From: Myxococcota bacterium
GTDB lineage: Bacteria > Myxococcota > JACRCW01
Reading direction: 5' to 3'
Assembly (NCBI GenBank): GCA_040752415.1
Contig: JBFMGU010000223.1
Span: forward strand, 1 to 17,268
Length of the DNA: 17,268 nucleotides
This document shows positions 15,031-17,268 of the stretch, one piece after another. The notes under the pieces were generated by a model that saw nothing but the letters and a program-made list of their open reading frames with translations, was not told the DNA's origin and ran no database searches. Numbering within the stretch: position 1 is the first letter of the stretch; each line of letters starts with the position of its first letter. Both the position numbers and the translations under genes were made by a program.

Positions 15031-15867
15031 ATGCTCAATCCGCAAGAGCTCCTGATTGACGCGCTGGTGGCGCGCATGGAGCAGTCCTACACGCGCATGT
15101 ACGGGAACATGGAGGCCCACTTCAACGGCATCCTCAGCTGGGCCGCCCGCATGGCGCTGGAGATCATCTCCAACAGCGACGCGCTGTATCACAACGTCGA
15201 GCACACCGTGATGGTGACGCAGGTGGGCCAGGAGATCCTGCGCGGCAAGCACATCACCGAGGGCGGCGTGAGCCCGCGGGACTGGCTGCACTTCACCATC
15301 TCCCTGCTGTGCCATGACATCGGCTACGTGCGCGGCATCTGTCGTGACGACGGGGATGGCCGCTACAGCACCGGCAAGGCCGGGGAGACGGTGGCCGTCC
15401 CGCCCGGCGCCACCGACGCGTCCATGACGCCGTACCACGTGGAGCGCGGCAAGCTGTTCATCCGGGAGCGCTTTGGCGGCCACAAGATCATCGACGCCGA
15501 GGAGATCGCGCGGAACATCGAGCTGACCCGCTTCCCGGTTCCCAACGACGAGGACCACCGCGGCACCGCCACCGTGCCCGGGCTGCTGCGCGCCGCGGAC
15601 CTCATCGGGCAGCTCGCCGACCCCAGCTACATCCGCAAGCTCCCCGCGCTGTTCCACGAGTTCCAGGAGACCGGCGCCAACGAGAAGCTCAACTACAAGA
15701 ACCCCGGCGACCTCCGTCGCGGCTACGCCGGCTTCTACTGGAACGTGGTCTCCCCCTACATCAAGGACGGCCTGCGCCACCTTCGCGCCACGCAGGAAGG
15801 CAAGCTCTGGATCGCCAACCTGCACGCGCACGTCTTCAGCGTCGAGCACGATCTCGGTCGCGTTTGA
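15031..15867 (+). CDS. HD-domain metal-dependent phosphohydrolase (Npun_R2479-like family), 278 aa
   Basis: YHNVEHT ... LCHDIGY ... YHVERG ... RAADLIGQL metal-ligand motifs. RBS AGGAGG 5 nt before ATG 15031. Confidence 0.88.
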   Translation: MLNPQELLIDALVARMEQSYTRMYGNMEAHFNGILSWAARMALEIISNSDALYHNVEHTVMVTQVGQEILRGKHITEGGVSPRDWLHFTISLLCHDIGYVRGICRDDGDGRYSTGKAGETVAVPPGATDASMTPYHVERGKLFIRERFGGHKIIDAEEIARNIELTRFPVPNDEDHRGTATVPGLLRAADLIGQLADPSYIRKLPALFHEFQETGANEKLNYKNPGDLRRGYAGFYWNVVSPYIKDGLRHLRATQEGKLWIANLHAHVFSVEHDLGRV

Positions 15868-16025
15868 GACGACGCCGGTCCCGCCCGCGCCCGGGTTCCC
15901 CGCGATTCCGCGGCCTGGCGGTGCGCCGCTCCCGTCGACGACACGCTCCAGCGCAAAAGGTGCCGCACGTTCCCGTCCCTGCGCGCGTGCTGCGCAGCGG
16001 CGCGGATTTTCCGTCGGGGAACGCC

Positions 16026-16041
16026 GGGCACGGTGGCTGCA
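16026..16041 (+). promoter_or_regulatory. Candidate sigma-54 promoter of the rhodanese-MBL gene
   Basis: GGGCACGGTGGCTGCA has a consensus GGCACG at -24 and TGCA at -12 with exact spacing, about 85 nt before the ATG. Confidence 0.6.
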
Positions 16042-16124
16042 ATGATGCCGTTTGGATGCGGAGCAATGGGTCTCTCCAGCACGACGGGAACGTTGGCTGG
16101 GGCGCGTGGCGGCGGAGCGGGGTC

Positions 16125-17268
16125 ATGGAAGGGTCACCTCACATCACGGCCGGGGAGTTGTGGCGCCGACTGTTCCGCGGACACCACACCCCGTTCTTCA
16201 TCCTGGACCTGCGCACCGAGGAGGAAGCGCGTGCGCGGCCGCTGGTGGGCAAGCGCAACGCGCGGGTGATCAACATTCCCGCGGCCCACTTCCAGGCGGA
16301 TGAAGCGGAGGCGCTGGCGCACATTCCCCGTCGTCAGGGTGAGGCGGTGGTGGTGTGCCGGGAGGGAAACCTGTGCCGCACGGTGGCGGAGCGCCTGCGC
16401 GCGGATGGCCGCGCCGCCGTCTACCTGCACGGAGGCATGCGCGCCTGGCTGGACCTGCACGTGCCGCTGGCGGTGCCCCTGCGCGCGCAGGAGCAACGAC
16501 GCTTCGAGCTGTGGCAGGTGAACCGCTACGGGAAGGGTTGCCTCTCGCACGTCATCATCGCCGGGGTGGAGGCGGTGGTGGTGGATCCCTCCAGCTTCAC
16601 CGACGAGTACACGCGCCTGGTGCGTCAGGCCGGCGCGCACATCACGCTGGTGCTGGATACGCACGTCCACGCGGACCACGTCTCCGGCGGCCCGGAGCTG
16701 GCGCGTCGGTTGGGGGTGCCCTACCGCGTGGCGTCGGGAACGGGGCCGGAGCCGGCGCTGGGCCTGCCGGTGATTCCCCCGCGTGAGGATGAGCGCGTGC
16801 TGCTGGATGGCCCCGACGGCATCTCCATCCGCGTGATTGCGGCGCCGGGGCACACGCCGGGCTCGGTGATGTACCTGGTCAATGAGCGCTACCTGCTGAG
16901 CGGAGACACGCTGCTGGTCTCCGGCCTCGGCCCGCCCGACGGAGCGGAGGTGACCGCGCCCTGGGCGCGCCAGGTGCACCGTCGGCTCCACGACGTGATG
17001 CGGGCGCTCCCCGTGGACACCCAGATCCTGCCCACGCACTTCACCTGCGTGGAGGAGCTGGACGCCAGCGGCCTGGCGCGCACCTCGCTGGCGGTGTTCC
17101 AGGAGATGGTGCCCGAGCTGTGGGACCCCGACCCCGAGCCGTTCATCCGCGCCGTGACCGCGGTGGTGACCCAGCTGCCGCGCGTGGACGAGCGCATCCG
17201 CAAGGTGAATCTGGGACTGCTCCTCCCCGACGCGCGCACCGGCGACTGGGAGTTGAGCAGCAACGCGT
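16125..17268 (+). CDS. Rhodanese plus MBL-fold metallo-hydrolase fusion (YrkH-like sulfurtransferase/persulfide dioxygenase-like); 3'-truncated by the window edge
   Basis: Translated by hand; absent from the ORF track because there is no stop in the window. MEGSPHITAGELWRRL...FILDLRT...INIP...VVVCREGN...YLHGGMRAW (rhodanese), then GKGCLSH, VVDP, DTHVHADHVSG, PGHTPGS, SGDTL, ILPTH (MBL). GGAG upstream; 381 open codons. Confidence 0.9.
   Translation, partial: MEGSPHITAGELWRRLFRGHHTPFFILDLRTEEEARARPLVGKRNARVINIPAAHFQADEAEALAHIPRRQGEAVVVCREGNLCRTVAERLRADGRAAVYLHGGMRAWLDLHVPLAVPLRAQEQRRFELWQVNRYGKGCLSHVIIAGVEAVVVDPSSFTDEYTRLVRQAGAHITLVLDTHVHADHVSGGPELARRLGVPYRVASGTGPEPALGLPVIPPREDERVLLDGPDGISIRVIAAPGHTPGSVMYLVNERYLLSGDTLLVSGLGPPDGAEVTAPWARQVHRRLHDVMRALPVDTQILPTHFTCVEELDASGLARTSLAVFQEMVPELWDPDPEPFIRAVTAVVTQLPRVDERIRKVNLGLLLPDARTGDWELSSNA

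Noticed and set aside
1..17268. CRISPR array, tRNA/rRNA, IS/integrase, reverse transcriptase or recognisable defence system
   Set aside because: No regularly spaced repeats, cloverleaf or rRNA motifs, or DDE, tyrosine-recombinase or RT signatures were seen by eye. Infernal and DefenseFinder scans would be needed to exclude them formally.
239..17268. A single sulfur-relay system joining the MoaD-like gene and the rhodanese-MBL gene
   Set aside because: They are about 15.6 kb apart and separated by many unrelated transcription units; nothing in the sequence links them.

Overview
High-GC bacterial chromosomal window, probably from a Myxococcota-like organism (inferred from composition, sigma-54-type promoters and gene types; not proven). 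It is a mosaic of about 17 mostly + strand genes in small independent units. In order: a MoaD/ThiS ubiquitin-like gene coupled to an Asp-box (BNR) beta-propeller gene; a helical hypothetical protein; an AraC regulator plus hemerythrin-domain gene; a stand-alone LeuB-like dehydrogenase; an orphan ribbon-helix-helix antitoxin-like gene; a small charged protein; a 765-aa minus-strand hypothetical protein with a putative caspase/gingipain-like His-Cys dyad; a TetR plus GT1 glycosyltransferase cassette; an M28 peptidase lipoprotein plus membrane NlpC/P60 protein; an acetyl-CoA hydrolase/CoA-transferase plus lipoprotein; an HD-domain protein; and a rhodanese-metallo-beta-lactamase fusion that runs off the right edge and is missing from the ORF track. 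I saw no rRNA, tRNA, CRISPR array, transposase or integrase. The best leads for uncharacterised biology are the 765-aa putative clan CD protease, the Ubl/beta-propeller pair with no E1/JAB enzyme in view, and a shared sigma-54 promoter/enhancer signature linking the CoA-transferase and rhodanese-MBL genes. All family assignments come from reading motifs by eye; no database search was run.
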